DNA of 64,000 nucleotides from an uncultured Alphaproteobacteria bacterium (GCA_963840465.1 CAWIZF010000033.1:22286-86285), one strand, 5' to 3'; positions 11,087-22,113 are shown, numbered from the stretch's first letter. The notes: generated by a model from the sequence alone, not told the origin. Numbers and translations: made by a program.

Positions 11087-11269
11087 ATGGCCGTTCCCAG
11101 AAGAAAAACATCGCCCTCGCGGCGTGGCATGCGCCGCTCGGCGGACGCACTGAAGAAGCCGACCTATGCCGAGGACAAGGATTCCGGCGAACTGCGCCGT
11201 CCGCACCACCTCGACCTCAAGACCGGCATGTATAAGGGCCGGCAGGTGCTGAAAAAGAAGGAATCCTGA
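11087..11269 (+). CDS. rpmF: 50S ribosomal protein L32
   Basis: [18 protein letters not shown]...LRRPHH...GMYKGRQV. Confidence 0.97.
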   Translation: MAVPRRKTSPSRRGMRRSADALKKPTYAEDKDSGELRRPHHLDLKTGMYKGRQVLKKKES

Positions 11270-11404
11270 TCGGGTTCGGGAATAAGGCACGGCTTCGACT
11301 CGTGTCTGCCCGAATTTGGCCAACGAGTGGGCCAACGGTTCCATTGGGCGAAGCGCTGCTTCGCCCGGGGACATTCCGGTTATCCTGTGAAGGCGCGATA
11401 CCCA

Positions 11405-12118
11405 ATGGTCGGTTTTCCGCTGCTTCTGATTCCGCTCGCGATCTACAACATCATCGTCTTCCTGATGCCCGACGTGTCGTTCACCGATCCGTTGGTGAAG
11501 CTGACGTTGATGTCGGGGGCGGAATGGACGGTGACGCTGAGCGACGTGCTGCTGACGCTCGCCATCCTGCTGCTGCTTGCCGAAGTCATCAAGGGCGCGC
11601 GTCCCGGCGCGAAATATCTCACCGACCATCTGCTGTCGCTGATCGTGTTCGGCGCGGCGGCGGCCGAATTCGTGATGTGGCCGAAATTCGCTACCTCGAC
11701 CTATTTCCTGATGACGGCACTATCGCTGGTGGATTTCGTCTCCGGCCTTGCCTTACGGACACGGCGCCGGCGTGCGGTCGCGGCGGCGCCTGCGCCACCG
11801 CCAAAAGCCGCCAAAAAGGTCGAGGCGCCGGCCGCCGAGCCCCACATCGATCCCGCGCCGGCAGCGCCATGCGCTGCGCCCTCGGCGGTACCGGCGGCAA
11901 CATCTGTCGCCGAATCAGTGCTGCAGGATCACCCCGAACCGAAGCCGGCACAGCCCGCCATCACGCCCGAGGCGGCTTCGGTCGTGCCCGAGGCACCCGC
12001 GCCGAAAACGCCTTCCCTGGAAGCATCGTCACCGGAAACCTCGTCACCGGAGATCCCGTCACCGGGACTGCAGCCGGGCTCGGGTTCGCCGCCATCGCCG
12101 GACAAGCCTCAGCACTGA
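11405..12118 (+). CDS. Hypothetical 4-TM membrane protein with Pro/Ala/Ser-rich C-terminal tail
   Basis: MVGFPLLLIPLAIYN..., four hydrophobic segments, then a low-complexity tail. Confidence 0.75.
   Translation: MVGFPLLLIPLAIYNIIVFLMPDVSFTDPLVKLTLMSGAEWTVTLSDVLLTLAILLLLAEVIKGARPGAKYLTDHLLSLIVFGAAAAEFVMWPKFATSTYFLMTALSLVDFVSGLALRTRRRRAVAAAPAPPPKAAKKVEAPAAEPHIDPAPAAPCAAPSAVPAATSVAESVLQDHPEPKPAQPAITPEAASVVPEAPAPKTPSLEASSPETSSPEIPSPGLQPGSGSPPSPDKPQH
12026..12067 (+). repeat. 15-bp in-frame tandem repeat, about 3 copies (SSPET/SSPEI/PSPG)
   Basis: tcgtcaccggaaacc tcgtcaccggagatc ccgtcaccggga. Confidence 0.7.
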
Positions 12119-12405
12119 TCTAGATGGTTTGCCGCGTCCTGAAGCCAAGGCCGCTGCGCCGGATCTGGCCGGCGCCATAGGCCATCTGCGCATCCGCAAG
12201 CGAAGCCCGCCGCAGGCGGCAGGTTTGCGGCGCCTGGTCGGCGGTCGCAATCAACTGAGCGACGAAGGTTGGATCGGGTCGCGGCGCTGCGTCTCGGCGA
12301 CCAGCGGACGGACTGGGTTACCGGCACCAGCTCGGCACAGACCGGCTCGTCGAGGTTGACGAACTCGCCGTCCAAGATTTCGTCTGATCGATCGATATCC
12401 AGCAT
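12109..12405 (-). CDS. Small hypothetical protein, probably frameshifted
   Basis: MLDIDRSDEILDGEFVNLDEPVCAELVPV...; the downstream part reads better in another frame. Confidence 0.5.
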   Translation of the reverse strand: MLDIDRSDEILDGEFVNLDEPVCAELVPVTQSVRWSPRRSAATRSNLRRSVDCDRRPGAANLPPAAGFACGCADGLWRRPDPAQRPWLQDAANHLDQC

Positions 12406-12629
12406 CGCACACCGTAACCTAAACTGTCACGTTTTGGGACGTAACGCCCCCACTGCGATCTGACCTCGCAAGACCTATGCCGCTTGCTTCCGTTCCGTTC
12501 CGGCCGGGTCCGGAAAGTCTGTGAAACATGGTTTCCGGATTATTTATCAACTTGACCTAGTCTGGCGCTGGAAAGAGCCACTATCCTCAAACGACGGGAA
12601 TCACCAGTGTCCCGAATCGAGGCGTCCTG

Positions 12630-14321
12630 ATGCTCCCTGTCCCGCAAGTCTCCAGCATCCTTGCCTCGCTAGGTCAGGCGGCCTTCCTCTGGGACCTGAC
12701 GGCGGACACCATCGCCTGGAGCGACAATGCCGGCGCGGTCTTCACCGATATTCCGGCGGAGGCGCTGGGCAGCGGCGCCGGGTTCGCCAGGCTGATCGAG
12801 CCCTCCCAATCGGTCCGGACGGAGGCGCTCGCCCAATCGGGGCCGGCGCGGGGCGGTGAAGGCGTCGCCTACCGGATCGAATATGGCGTCCGGGCCGCGG
12901 CCTCCGCGCCCTTGATCTGGATCGAGGAGACCGGTTGCTGGTTTGCAGGGCCCGACGGCAAGCCGGTGCGCGCGCAGGGCATCGTCCGCGTCAACAACGA
13001 GCGCCACGCCCGTGACGAGCAGCTCATGCGGCTTTCGCGGCACGATCCGCTGACCGGTGAACTCAATCGCACACATCTCGTCGCCGCGCTGGCGGAAACG
13101 ATCGAAGAAACCATGCGTTTGCGATCGTCCTCCGCCTTCATGGTGATCGGCATCGATCATCTGGCGCGCGTCAACGACGCCTTTGGCTTCGACGTGGCCG
13201 ACGCCGTGATCGCCGAAGTCGGAAAACGCATCCGCGCCAAGCTGCGCGGCGGCGACGTGCTCGGCCGGTTCTCCGGCAACAAGTTCGGGCTGATCCTGAG
13301 GAACTGCACCGTCGACGACACCAATACCGCGGCCGAACGCTTTCTGGCAGGGATCCGCGACACGGTGATCCCGACCAAATCGGGCCCGGTCTCGGTGACG
13401 GGCTCGATCGGCGCGATCACCATCCCGCGCTACGCGCGCAATGCCGATGAAGCCGTCAACCGCGCCCAGGAAACGCTCGACGGCGCCAAACGCCGCCGCG
13501 CCGGATCGTTCGCGCTGTGGAAGCCGAATGTCGAACGCGACGCCCAGCGCCGCGTCAACATCCGCGTCACCGACGAGATCGTCACCGCGCTCAACGAGCG
13601 CCGCATCGTCGCGGCGTACGAGCCGGTGGTCGAAGCGCGCTCGCGGCAGCCGGCGTTCTACGAGTGCCTGGTGCGGATGGAGCAGGCGGACGGGCAGGCG
13701 CTGCTGGCGCCCGATATCGTCCCCGTCGCCGAGCGATTGGGGCTGATCCGGCTGGTCGACCACCGCGTGCTCGAACTCGCGGTCGCCGAACTTGCCGCGT
13801 CGCCGAACGTGCGGCTCAGCCTCAACATCTCGCCCGACACCACCATGGACCCGGATTGGTGGACCGGAATCGAATCGCTGATGCTGGCCTATCCCGGCGC
13901 CGGCGAGCGGCTGATCGTCGAAATCACCGAGACGGTCGCGATCCAGGATATCGACGATGTCCGCGGCTTCGTCACCCGCCTGAAGAATTTCGGCAGCCAG
14001 ATCGCGATCGACGATTTCGGCGCCGGCTACACTTCATTTCGAAACTTGCGCAAGCTCGGCGTCGACATCGTGAAGATCGACGGCGCCTTCGTGCAGAACA
14101 TCGCGCGCTCGGCGGACGATCGCGCCTTCGTGCAGACGCTGATCGATCTGGCGCGCCGGCTGCAGATCAAGACGGTGGCGGAATGGGTGCAGGACGAGGA
14201 AGCCGCCGTGATGCTGCGCGAATGGGGCTGCGATTACATCCAGGGCCGCCTGATCGGGCTGGCCTCGCCGGATCGGCCGTGGGCTGTGCAGACTGAGACG
14301 GTGTTGCCGGTGGCGGGCTGA
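12630..14321 (+). CDS. PAS-like + degenerate GGDEF + EAL protein; probable c-di-GMP phosphodiesterase
   Basis: HDPLTG, GGDEF replaced by SGNKF; EAL domain ECLVR, EITE, DDFGAGYTS, KIDG, VAEWV, IQG. Confidence 0.9.
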   Translation: MLPVPQVSSILASLGQAAFLWDLTADTIAWSDNAGAVFTDIPAEALGSGAGFARLIEPSQSVRTEALAQSGPARGGEGVAYRIEYGVRAAASAPLIWIEETGCWFAGPDGKPVRAQGIVRVNNERHARDEQLMRLSRHDPLTGELNRTHLVAALAETIEETMRLRSSSAFMVIGIDHLARVNDAFGFDVADAVIAEVGKRIRAKLRGGDVLGRFSGNKFGLILRNCTVDDTNTAAERFLAGIRDTVIPTKSGPVSVTGSIGAITIPRYARNADEAVNRAQETLDGAKRRRAGSFALWKPNVERDAQRRVNIRVTDEIVTALNERRIVAAYEPVVEARSRQPAFYECLVRMEQADGQALLAPDIVPVAERLGLIRLVDHRVLELAVAELAASPNVRLSLNISPDTTMDPDWWTGIESLMLAYPGAGERLIVEITETVAIQDIDDVRGFVTRLKNFGSQIAIDDFGAGYTSFRNLRKLGVDIVKIDGAFVQNIARSADDRAFVQTLIDLARRLQIKTVAEWVQDEEAAVMLREWGCDYIQGRLIGLASPDRPWAVQTETVLPVAG

Positions 14322-14355
14322 TCGCCGGCAAAACCACGGCGGGATCGGGCGCGCG

Positions 14356-15069
14356 TCAGGCCGGGGCGGGGCCGTCGGCCGCAGCAGGCACATCCTTCTG
14401 CACCTGGCCGTCAACCACGTGAATGCGGCGATGCATCTGCGCGGCGAGATTGAGGTCGTGAGTGACCGCGACCACGGTCTTGCCGTCCAGCGCCACCAGG
14501 TCGCGGAGAATGCCGAACACCTGCGCGGTCGAAACGGAATCGAGGCTCCCGGTCGGTTCGTCCGCGAGAATGACCGGCGGGTCGTTGGCGAGCGCTCTGG
14601 CGACCGCGACCCGTTGGCGCTGACCGCCGGATAGTTGATCCGGCGTCTTGTGGCGATGGTCGCCCAGTCCGAGCGAGTCCAGCAATTCCCCGGCGCGCGC
14701 CAGGATCGCCCGCGGGGACAGGCGACCCAACGCGCGCATCGGCAGCGCGACATTCTCGGTGATGCTGAATTCCGGAAGCAGGAAGTGGAACTGAAATACG
14801 AAGCCAAGCCGCGCGAGCCGCACCTTGGCCCGTTCGGTCTCCGTCATGGTGGTGGTAGAGCGTCCGTCGATCAAAACGTCGCCTTCGGTCGGCAGGTCGA
14901 GCAGTCCGAGCAGGTACAGCAGTGAAGACTTTCCGGAGCCGGACGGACCTGTGATGGCAATGAACTCCCGCGGCATGATGGTGAGGTTGATGTCCCGGAC
15001 CAGCGTTACCGGCACCACGCCGCTGAGGATCTTGGTTACGCGCCGGGCTTCGATCAGAGGTGTGCTCAT
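14356..15069 (-). CDS. ABC transporter ATP-binding protein (LolD/MacB-like)
   Basis: GPSGSGKS, LSGGQRQRVAVARAL, ILADEPTGSLD, VTHD. Confidence 0.93.
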   Translation of the reverse strand: MSTPLIEARRVTKILSGVVPVTLVRDINLTIMPREFIAITGPSGSGKSSLLYLLGLLDLPTEGDVLIDGRSTTTMTETERAKVRLARLGFVFQFHFLLPEFSITENVALPMRALGRLSPRAILARAGELLDSLGLGDHRHKTPDQLSGGQRQRVAVARALANDPPVILADEPTGSLDSVSTAQVFGILRDLVALDGKTVVAVTHDLNLAAQMHRRIHVVDGQVQKDVPAAADGPAPA

Positions 15070-16301
15070 GTCGCTCCCCTGATGATGTCGACCGGATGAA
15101 CGCGCGCCGCGGCGCGTGCCGGGAAGTAGCCAGCAACGAAACTCGACGCCAGAGCCACCGCGGTGGCGAGCAGGTAATGCTTTGTCGAATAGATAACCGG
15201 CAGATGATTGTTGTCGGAAAACGGCGTTATGAACTCAAGTGAGGCGATGCCGCGGGTAAGTAGATAACCGAAGATCCATCCGAGCGCCGCGCCGACGAGT
15301 CCGACCAGCAGCGCTTCGATGATGAATATCATCCGGATGGTCCGGTCCGGGAAGCCGAGCGATTTCAGGATGGCGATGTCGCGCGTCTTCTCATGGGTGA
15401 TGGTGGAGATGATGTTATAGGTTCCGAAGCTCGCCACCAGAAGGATGGCGCCGACGATGGTGTACATCAGCACGTTCCGTACCGTGATGGCCGAGAGCAG
15501 ATCCTCCTGGGCCTCCTGCCAGGAGATTGACCGATACCCGGTTTGTTCGCCGATACGTTCTCCGATCAGGCGCGCCTCCATCGGGTCGCGCGTGCGGACG
15601 CGGATTTCGTTGATGACGCCGGTCTGCTTTTCCAGAACCTGCGCGGTCTTCAGCAGGACATAGCCCGTGGTTTCGTCCGTCATGCGGAACCCGGAATGGA
15701 ACGTGCCGACCACGGTGGCGCTCATGTTGGCGCCCTCGGCGGAGACGAGCGTGATGTTGGAATTGACGCGCGCGCCGATCTTGCTCGCCAGCCGGTCGCC
15801 GAGCAGGATCGCGTTAGACGCCCGATACAGCGAATGCAGTGATCCCTGCCGCATGTGAGCCGTCAGATTGGAGACGTCCGCCTCGGTGCGGGGATCGATG
15901 CCGATGATCGAGATGGTGAGGTTCCGGCCGGCGAAACGCAGCACGGCCTTTGATTGTACCGAAGGCGTCAGCGCACCGGGCACCCAGGTCTGCAGCGAGG
16001 CGATCGTGGCCATCGGGTTCTTGATGCCCGGGCGGCGCACCTCCGGTGTCAGGCCGTGGAATTCGGCCGCCGCGTAACGGATGTCGGCCGGTTGCCGGTT
16101 TGGCTCGCGCAGTTCGTCCGTCACGGAAATATGCGGCAGGGCGTTGACCAGAGTCCGGATGAAATCATCCTGCGAGCCTTCCATCAGGGCCGCCATCATG
16201 ATGGAAAAACCGACCCCGGTCATGACGCCTGCAATCGCTACCAGGGTCTGGCGGGCGCGGTGACGGACGTGGGTCCAGGCAATGGTCAGGATCAAGTTCA
16301 C
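15066..16301 (-). CDS. ABC transporter permease (LolC/E / FtsX-MacB type)
   Basis: GTG start NLILTIAWTH...; EKTRDIAILKSLG; PARAAARVHPVDIIRG; overlaps the ATPase start. Confidence 0.9.
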   Translation of the reverse strand: MNLILTIAWTHVRHRARQTLVAIAGVMTGVGFSIMMAALMEGSQDDFIRTLVNALPHISVTDELREPNRQPADIRYAAAEFHGLTPEVRRPGIKNPMATIASLQTWVPGALTPSVQSKAVLRFAGRNLTISIIGIDPRTEADVSNLTAHMRQGSLHSLYRASNAILLGDRLASKIGARVNSNITLVSAEGANMSATVVGTFHSGFRMTDETTGYVLLKTAQVLEKQTGVINEIRVRTRDPMEARLIGERIGEQTGYRSISWQEAQEDLLSAITVRNVLMYTIVGAILLVASFGTYNIISTITHEKTRDIAILKSLGFPDRTIRMIFIIEALLVGLVGAALGWIFGYLLTRGIASLEFITPFSDNNHLPVIYSTKHYLLATAVALASSFVAGYFPARAAARVHPVDIIRGAT

Positions 16302-16309
16302 GACAGCGG

Positions 16310-17380
16310 CTACTCCTTCGGCGTCACGCGGACCCGGGAGCCGTTCTTGATGTTGGCGGTCGCCGGTGCGGCGACCCATTCGCCCTCGTTCACGCCTTGC
16401 AGGATTTCAACGAAGCCGGTGCCGCGGATGCCGATCTCGACCTTGCGCAGCCGCGCGCGGCTGTCTTCGATCGTGAACAGGCCGTTGTTGACCACGGCGT
16501 TGGCCGGAACGAGAACGGCGTCAAGTTTTTCGCGGCTGATGATGTTGGCTTCGACGCTCATGCCGACCCGCAGCGGCGTATCGTCGGGCAGGCCGATTCT
16601 GACGCGAAACGTCTTCGATACGGGATCGCCGGCCGGCGTGATCTGCTTGACGGTGCCCGGCAGTATTTGACCCGCGAACGCGTCGGTACGCAGCAGCACC
16701 TTTTGGTCGACCTTGACCCGGGGAATGTCCTCCTCGTTGACGTCGGCGACGACCCATAGCGGCCGTTCCAGCCCGACGCGGTAAAGGATCGTGCCGGGCT
16801 CCACCATGTCGCCGACTTCACCGTCCTCCTTGAGAACGATCCCGTCCATCGGCGATACCAGCTTGAAATATTCGAGCCGCTGCGCCTGGGCCGCGATCTG
16901 CGCCTTGATGCGCGCCAGGTCGCTCTCGGCCTTCTGGAACGCCTGCGAGGTCGCCACGCCACGCGATAGCAGTTGCGACTGGCGGTCGAATTCGCGATGC
17001 TGAAACTCCTCCAGCGCATGCAGGTCGTTCAGCGTCGCCAGCGCTTCCTTGTCGTCAAGACGCGCAAGAAGATCGCCGCGTTTGACGGCCTTGCCCTCGC
17101 ATCGGCAGCGCTCGATGATCCGGCCGCGAACCAGCGGCGTTGAACGCGACCATGTCTCGGGCTCGACCGAGCCGGTCGCGTAAACGATTTCGGCGGCCGC
17201 GCCACGCGTGACGCGCGCAACCGCAATCTCAGGTCCTCGCAGCAGCCACCATGAAATGGCGGCCGCCGCAGCCGCGATCAGGATCGCAACCGCAAGCGTC
17301 CACGAAAGTCGCCGGGTTTTTTCAGGTGGCAGCCCCATTGAGGCTGCGGTCGAGTCGATAGCCGCAACGCGCATGTCCAT
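16310..17380 (-). CDS. Efflux periplasmic adaptor (membrane fusion protein)
   Basis: N-terminal TM, lipoyl half-motifs VKRGDLLARLD and SPMDGIV, DVNEEDIPRVKVDQ, LRVGMSVEAN. Confidence 0.9.
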   Translation of the reverse strand: MDMRVAAIDSTAASMGLPPEKTRRLSWTLAVAILIAAAAAAISWWLLRGPEIAVARVTRGAAAEIVYATGSVEPETWSRSTPLVRGRIIERCRCEGKAVKRGDLLARLDDKEALATLNDLHALEEFQHREFDRQSQLLSRGVATSQAFQKAESDLARIKAQIAAQAQRLEYFKLVSPMDGIVLKEDGEVGDMVEPGTILYRVGLERPLWVVADVNEEDIPRVKVDQKVLLRTDAFAGQILPGTVKQITPAGDPVSKTFRVRIGLPDDTPLRVGMSVEANIISREKLDAVLVPANAVVNNGLFTIEDSRARLRKVEIGIRGTGFVEILQGVNEGEWVAAPATANIKNGSRVRVTPKE

Positions 17381-17414
17381 ATAGACATTGTCATCGCGGC
17401 AGCGGCTTTCCTGC

Positions 17415-17428
17415 TTGATTCAGGTCAA
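17415..17428 (-). promoter_or_regulatory. FNR/FixK-type binding site upstream of the ABC efflux operon
   Basis: TTGAT-TCAG-GTCAA; centre 41.5 nt from position 17380. Confidence 0.7.
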
Positions 17429-17538
17429 CGGGAGAGACAAATCTCTTTACAACCCCGGGGACCAAAGCCGCGGCGATTGTTGCACGGGGAATGGAAGAAG
17501 CCGGGCCGGCGCGGCGTCAGTTGATGCCGTAAGGGCGG

Positions 17539-18138
17539 CTACTCTTCCTTCTTCGGCTCTTTCGACATGCGCTCGAGGCGGTCCTGCATGTCCTTCATCT
17601 GGCGGCGAAGGTCGTCGATATTGGCTTCGTCAGGCGCCGGCTCCGGCGCCTTCTCAGGCTCGGTCGCGGCTGCGCCGGGGCGCGGCGGCACGAACGGCTT
17701 GAACATCGAGAACGTCTGCTGAAACAATTCCATGTTGCGGCGGACATGTTCCTCGAGCGGCGCAAACGGCGTGCCGCTGAACGTGTTGGTGAGCTGCTTG
17801 CGGAATTTTTCCTGCTCGCGCGTCAGCGTGTCGATCGACTGCTCCAGATATTTCGGCACCACCATCTGCATGCTGTCGCCGTAGAAGCGGATCAGCTGCC
17901 GCAGGAAAGTGGTCGGCAGCAAATTCTGGCCCGCCTTGTTTTCCTGTTCGAAAATGATCTGCGCCAGCACCGAGCGGGTGATGTCGTCGCCGGTCTTGGC
18001 GTCGTAGACGAGAAAATCCTCGCCGTCCTTCACCATCGCCGCGAGATCCTCGAGCGTCACATAGGTGCTGGTGCCGGTATTATACAGCCGCCGGTTGGCG
18101 TATTTCTTGATGGTCGTAGGTTGATCTGACTTTGCCAT
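17539..18138 (-). CDS. phaR: Polyhydroxyalkanoate synthesis repressor PhaR
   Basis: TIKKYANRRLYNTGTSTYVTLEDL...GDDITRSVLAQIIFEQE; divergent from phaA. Confidence 0.96.
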   Translation of the reverse strand: MAKSDQPTTIKKYANRRLYNTGTSTYVTLEDLAAMVKDGEDFLVYDAKTGDDITRSVLAQIIFEQENKAGQNLLPTTFLRQLIRFYGDSMQMVVPKYLEQSIDTLTREQEKFRKQLTNTFSGTPFAPLEEHVRRNMELFQQTFSMFKPFVPPRPGAAATEPEKAPEPAPDEANIDDLRRQMKDMQDRLERMSKEPKKEE

Positions 18139-18344
18139 AAGCTCACACAATACACCGAGAGCGGGAACCCGACGGCATCGCCGACGGGCAGACGAGCAAC
18201 GCAACGCAGCAAAGTAAGCATTTTCAATGCGGTTCGGCTACCGTTTTGTGCGGCACGGTTAATTCCAAGGCATGGACGCTGCTATGGAAACCCTCACCGG
18301 GATCAATTTGAATGCGCCGCGGCAGGAATTTGGGCCTTGGCCGA

Positions 18345-18358
18345 TTGACATGGGTCAA
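18345..18358. promoter_or_regulatory. FNR/FixK-type palindrome in the phaR-phaA intergenic region
   Basis: TTGAC-ATGG-GTCAA. Confidence 0.6.
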
Positions 18359-18446
18359 CGAGGTTAAGAGGATAAGGTGAGAGACAGGCATGCCGTCCGG
18401 CCGCCCGCCGTCAAAGCAACCTCAAGCCCAAGAAACCCCATAGGAG

Positions 18447-19635
<1,189 letters not shown>

Positions 19636-19700
19636 TAGAGGCAGAGTGACTGGTTGAATGATGAAAAGATCATCTGTCACCCGCAGCCCGAATTGCTAAA

Positions 19701-19736
19701 GATGAAATGCCCGGTCTCGCGCCGGGCATTTTCATC
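19701..19736 (+). terminator. Hairpin / probable intrinsic terminator between phaA and phaB
   Basis: GATGAAATGCCCGG-TCTCGCG-CCGGGCATTTTCATC. Confidence 0.6.
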
Positions 19737-19839
19737 TCCGGAAGCGTTTTCAGGAACGCTTCCAACCTGCAGGCTGAGCTTCGTCAAAAGACCGGGACAA
19801 TTCCGGCTTATAAAGAAGACCACCAAGGAGGACTACGAC

Positions 19840-20565
19840 ATGGCACGTGTTGCATTGGTAACGGGGGGTACGCGAGGCATTGGCGCGGCGATCAGCAAGT
19901 CGCTGAAGGCTGCGGGCTACAAGGTTGCGGCAAGCTACGCCGGCAATGACGCCGCCGCCGAGAAATTCAAATCCGAGACCGGCATCCCCGTCTACAAATG
20001 GGACGTCAGCTCGTTCGACGCCTGCGCCGCCGGCATCAAGCAGGTCGAGGCCGATCTCGGCCCGGTCGACGTGCTTGTCAACAATGCCGGCATCACCAAG
20101 GACGGCGCCTTCCACAAGATGACGCTCGAGCAGTGGAACGCGGTCATCAACACCAATCTCGGCTCGCTGTTCAACATGACGCGCCCGGTGATCGAAGGCA
20201 TGCGCGCCCGCAAGTTCGGCCGCATCATCAACATCTCCTCGATCAACGGCCAGAAGGGCCAGTTCGGCCAGGTCAATTATTCGGCGGCCAAGGCCGGCGA
20301 CATCGGCTTCACCAAGGCGCTCGCGCTGGAGAACGCCAAGGGCGGCATCACCGTGAACGCGATCTGCCCCGGCTACATCAACACCGAGATGGTGCAGGCG
20401 GTGCCGAAGGAAGTGCTCGAGAAGAGCATCCTGCCGCTGATCCCGGTCAACCGTCTCGGCGAGCCCGAGGAAATCGCCCGCGCGGTCGTGTTCCTCGCCG
20501 CCGATGAGGCCGGAGGCATCACCGGCTCGACGATGACGATCAATGGTGGGCAGTACATGGTGTGA
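19840..20565 (+). CDS. phaB: Acetoacetyl-CoA reductase
   Basis: MARVALVTGGTRGIG, NNAGITKD, GQKGQFGQVNYSAAKAG; GGAGG RBS. Confidence 0.96.
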   Translation: MARVALVTGGTRGIGAAISKSLKAAGYKVAASYAGNDAAAEKFKSETGIPVYKWDVSSFDACAAGIKQVEADLGPVDVLVNNAGITKDGAFHKMTLEQWNAVINTNLGSLFNMTRPVIEGMRARKFGRIINISSINGQKGQFGQVNYSAAKAGDIGFTKALALENAKGGITVNAICPGYINTEMVQAVPKEVLEKSILPLIPVNRLGEPEEIARAVVFLAADEAGGITGSTMTINGGQYMV

Positions 20566-20620
20566 TGACAGTCGCGTCATTGCGTGAAGCCGTTGCGTGC
20601 AGCAGCGGCCCGTAAAAAGT

Positions 20621-20709
20621 CGTCATGCCCGGGCTTGTCCCGGGCATCCACGTCTTTACAACCAGCGGCGAGAAAGACGTGGATGGCCGGGACGAGCCCG
20701 GCCATGACG
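20621..20709. repeat. CGTC-type REP doublet (CGTCATGCCCGGGCTTGTCCCGGGCATCCACGTC family)
   Basis: Inverted pair ending GACGTGGATGGCCGGGACGAGCCCGGCCATGACG; a CGTCATTGCG remnant precedes it at ~20575. Confidence 0.9.
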
Positions 20710-20723
20710 GAAAGTTTCGACTC

Positions 20724-21598
20724 ATGACTCCCCGTACCGCCACGTTGATCGGACTGACCGCGATCCTGATGTGGTCGCTGCTGTCGGTCCTGACGGTCGC
20801 GACCGGGAAAATCCCCGCATTCCAGCTCGCCGCCATGACATTTGCGATCGGCGCGGCGGTAGCATTCGCAAGCTTCATGTTCCGGCCCTCAGCCTTCGGC
20901 GCATTGAAGCAGCCGCTGGTTGCTTGGGTCGTCGGCGTCGGTGGATTGTTCGGCTATCACGCGCTGTATTTCCTCGCGCTGCGCTTGCGCCGCCGGCGGA
21001 AGCTGGGCTGTTGAATTATCTCTGGCCGCTGCTGATCGTGCTGTTTTCGTCGCTTGCTGCCGGGTGAGCGGCTGGCGCCGCATCACATCATCGGCGCGCT
21101 GCTCGGGCTCGCCGGCACGGTTTTGCTGTTCGCCGGCAACGGCGCGGCGGTTTCGCGCCCGGCCAGATCCCGGGACTGGCCGCAGCCTTCGTCGCCGCCT
21201 TTGTGTGGGCGGCCTATTCGGTGATGTCGCGCAAGCTGAAGGCGGTGCCGACCGACGCGGTGGCCGGCTTCTGTCTCGCGACCGCGCTGCTCGCCGCGCT
21301 CGTGCATGGCATGGTCGAGACCACGGTGTGGCCGGAGACGGTAGGGCAGTGGCTTGCGATCATCGCACTCGGCGTAGGTCCCGTCGGGGCCGCGTTCTTT
21401 GTCTGGGACATCGGCATGAAGCGCGGCGATATCCGCGTGCTCGGCGCGGCGTCCTACGCGACGCCGTTGCTGTCGACGGCGTTTCTGATCCTCGCCGGCT
21501 TTGCGCAGCCGACCGCCACGATTGCGATTGCCGCGATCCTGATCGCCGGCGGCGGTTTGATCGCGGCGAAGGATATGGTGTGGAGAAAAAGTCCGTAG
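20724..21598 (+). CDS. DMT/EamA transporter (YddG-like); several frameshifts
   Basis: ATLIGLTAILMWS, PPAEAGLLNYLWP, WDIGMKRGDIRVLGAASYATPLLST. Confidence 0.85.
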
Positions 21599-21682
21599 GA
21601 TGGGTGGAGCGCAGCGATACCCATCATCATCTACCTGCACGGATGCAATTGATGGGTATCGCTGCGCTCCACCCATCCTACG
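21594..21682. repeat. GTAG-type REP doublet (GTAGGATGGGTGGAGC family)
   Basis: CGTAGGATGGGTGGAGCGCAGCGATACCCATCA ... TGATGGGTATCGCTGCGCTCCACCCATCCTACG. Confidence 0.93.
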
Positions 21683-22113
21683 AAGAGGGCTCCCAACCCT
21701 TCGGCGCCAGCTCGAATTTCGAAAACTCGAATCCCGGGCGCCACCGTGCAGCCGACCAAGGTCCAGTCGCCGTTGCTCTCGGCGGCCTGCCAGGCGTGCG
21801 GCGGCACGATCGCCTGCGGCGCTTCGCCGGCTGCGAGATCGGCGCCGAGCTTCACGCTGCGCTGCCCGTTAGCGTCAGCGATTTGCAGCGTCAGCGCTGC
21901 GCCCGCGTAATAATGCCAGACCTCGACGGCATCGATGCGATGCCAGTGCGAGCGTTCGCCGCGCGCCAGCAGGAAATAGATCGCGGTCGATCGCGAGCGA
22001 CCGTCGGCGTCCACGCTCTGGTCGCGAAACGTCTCGCGATAATGCCCGCCTTCCGGATGCGGCTTCAGGTCGAGCCGCGCGATGACGTCGGCAGCTGCTT
22101 TCGGCAACGCCAT
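21678..22113 (-). CDS. Cupin domain protein (DUF985 / Cupin_5); 1-nt insertion at ~21734
   Basis: LDLKPHPEGGHYRETFRD, STAIYFLL, SHWHRID, EVWHYY, LVGCTVAPG(FEF). Confidence 0.9.
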
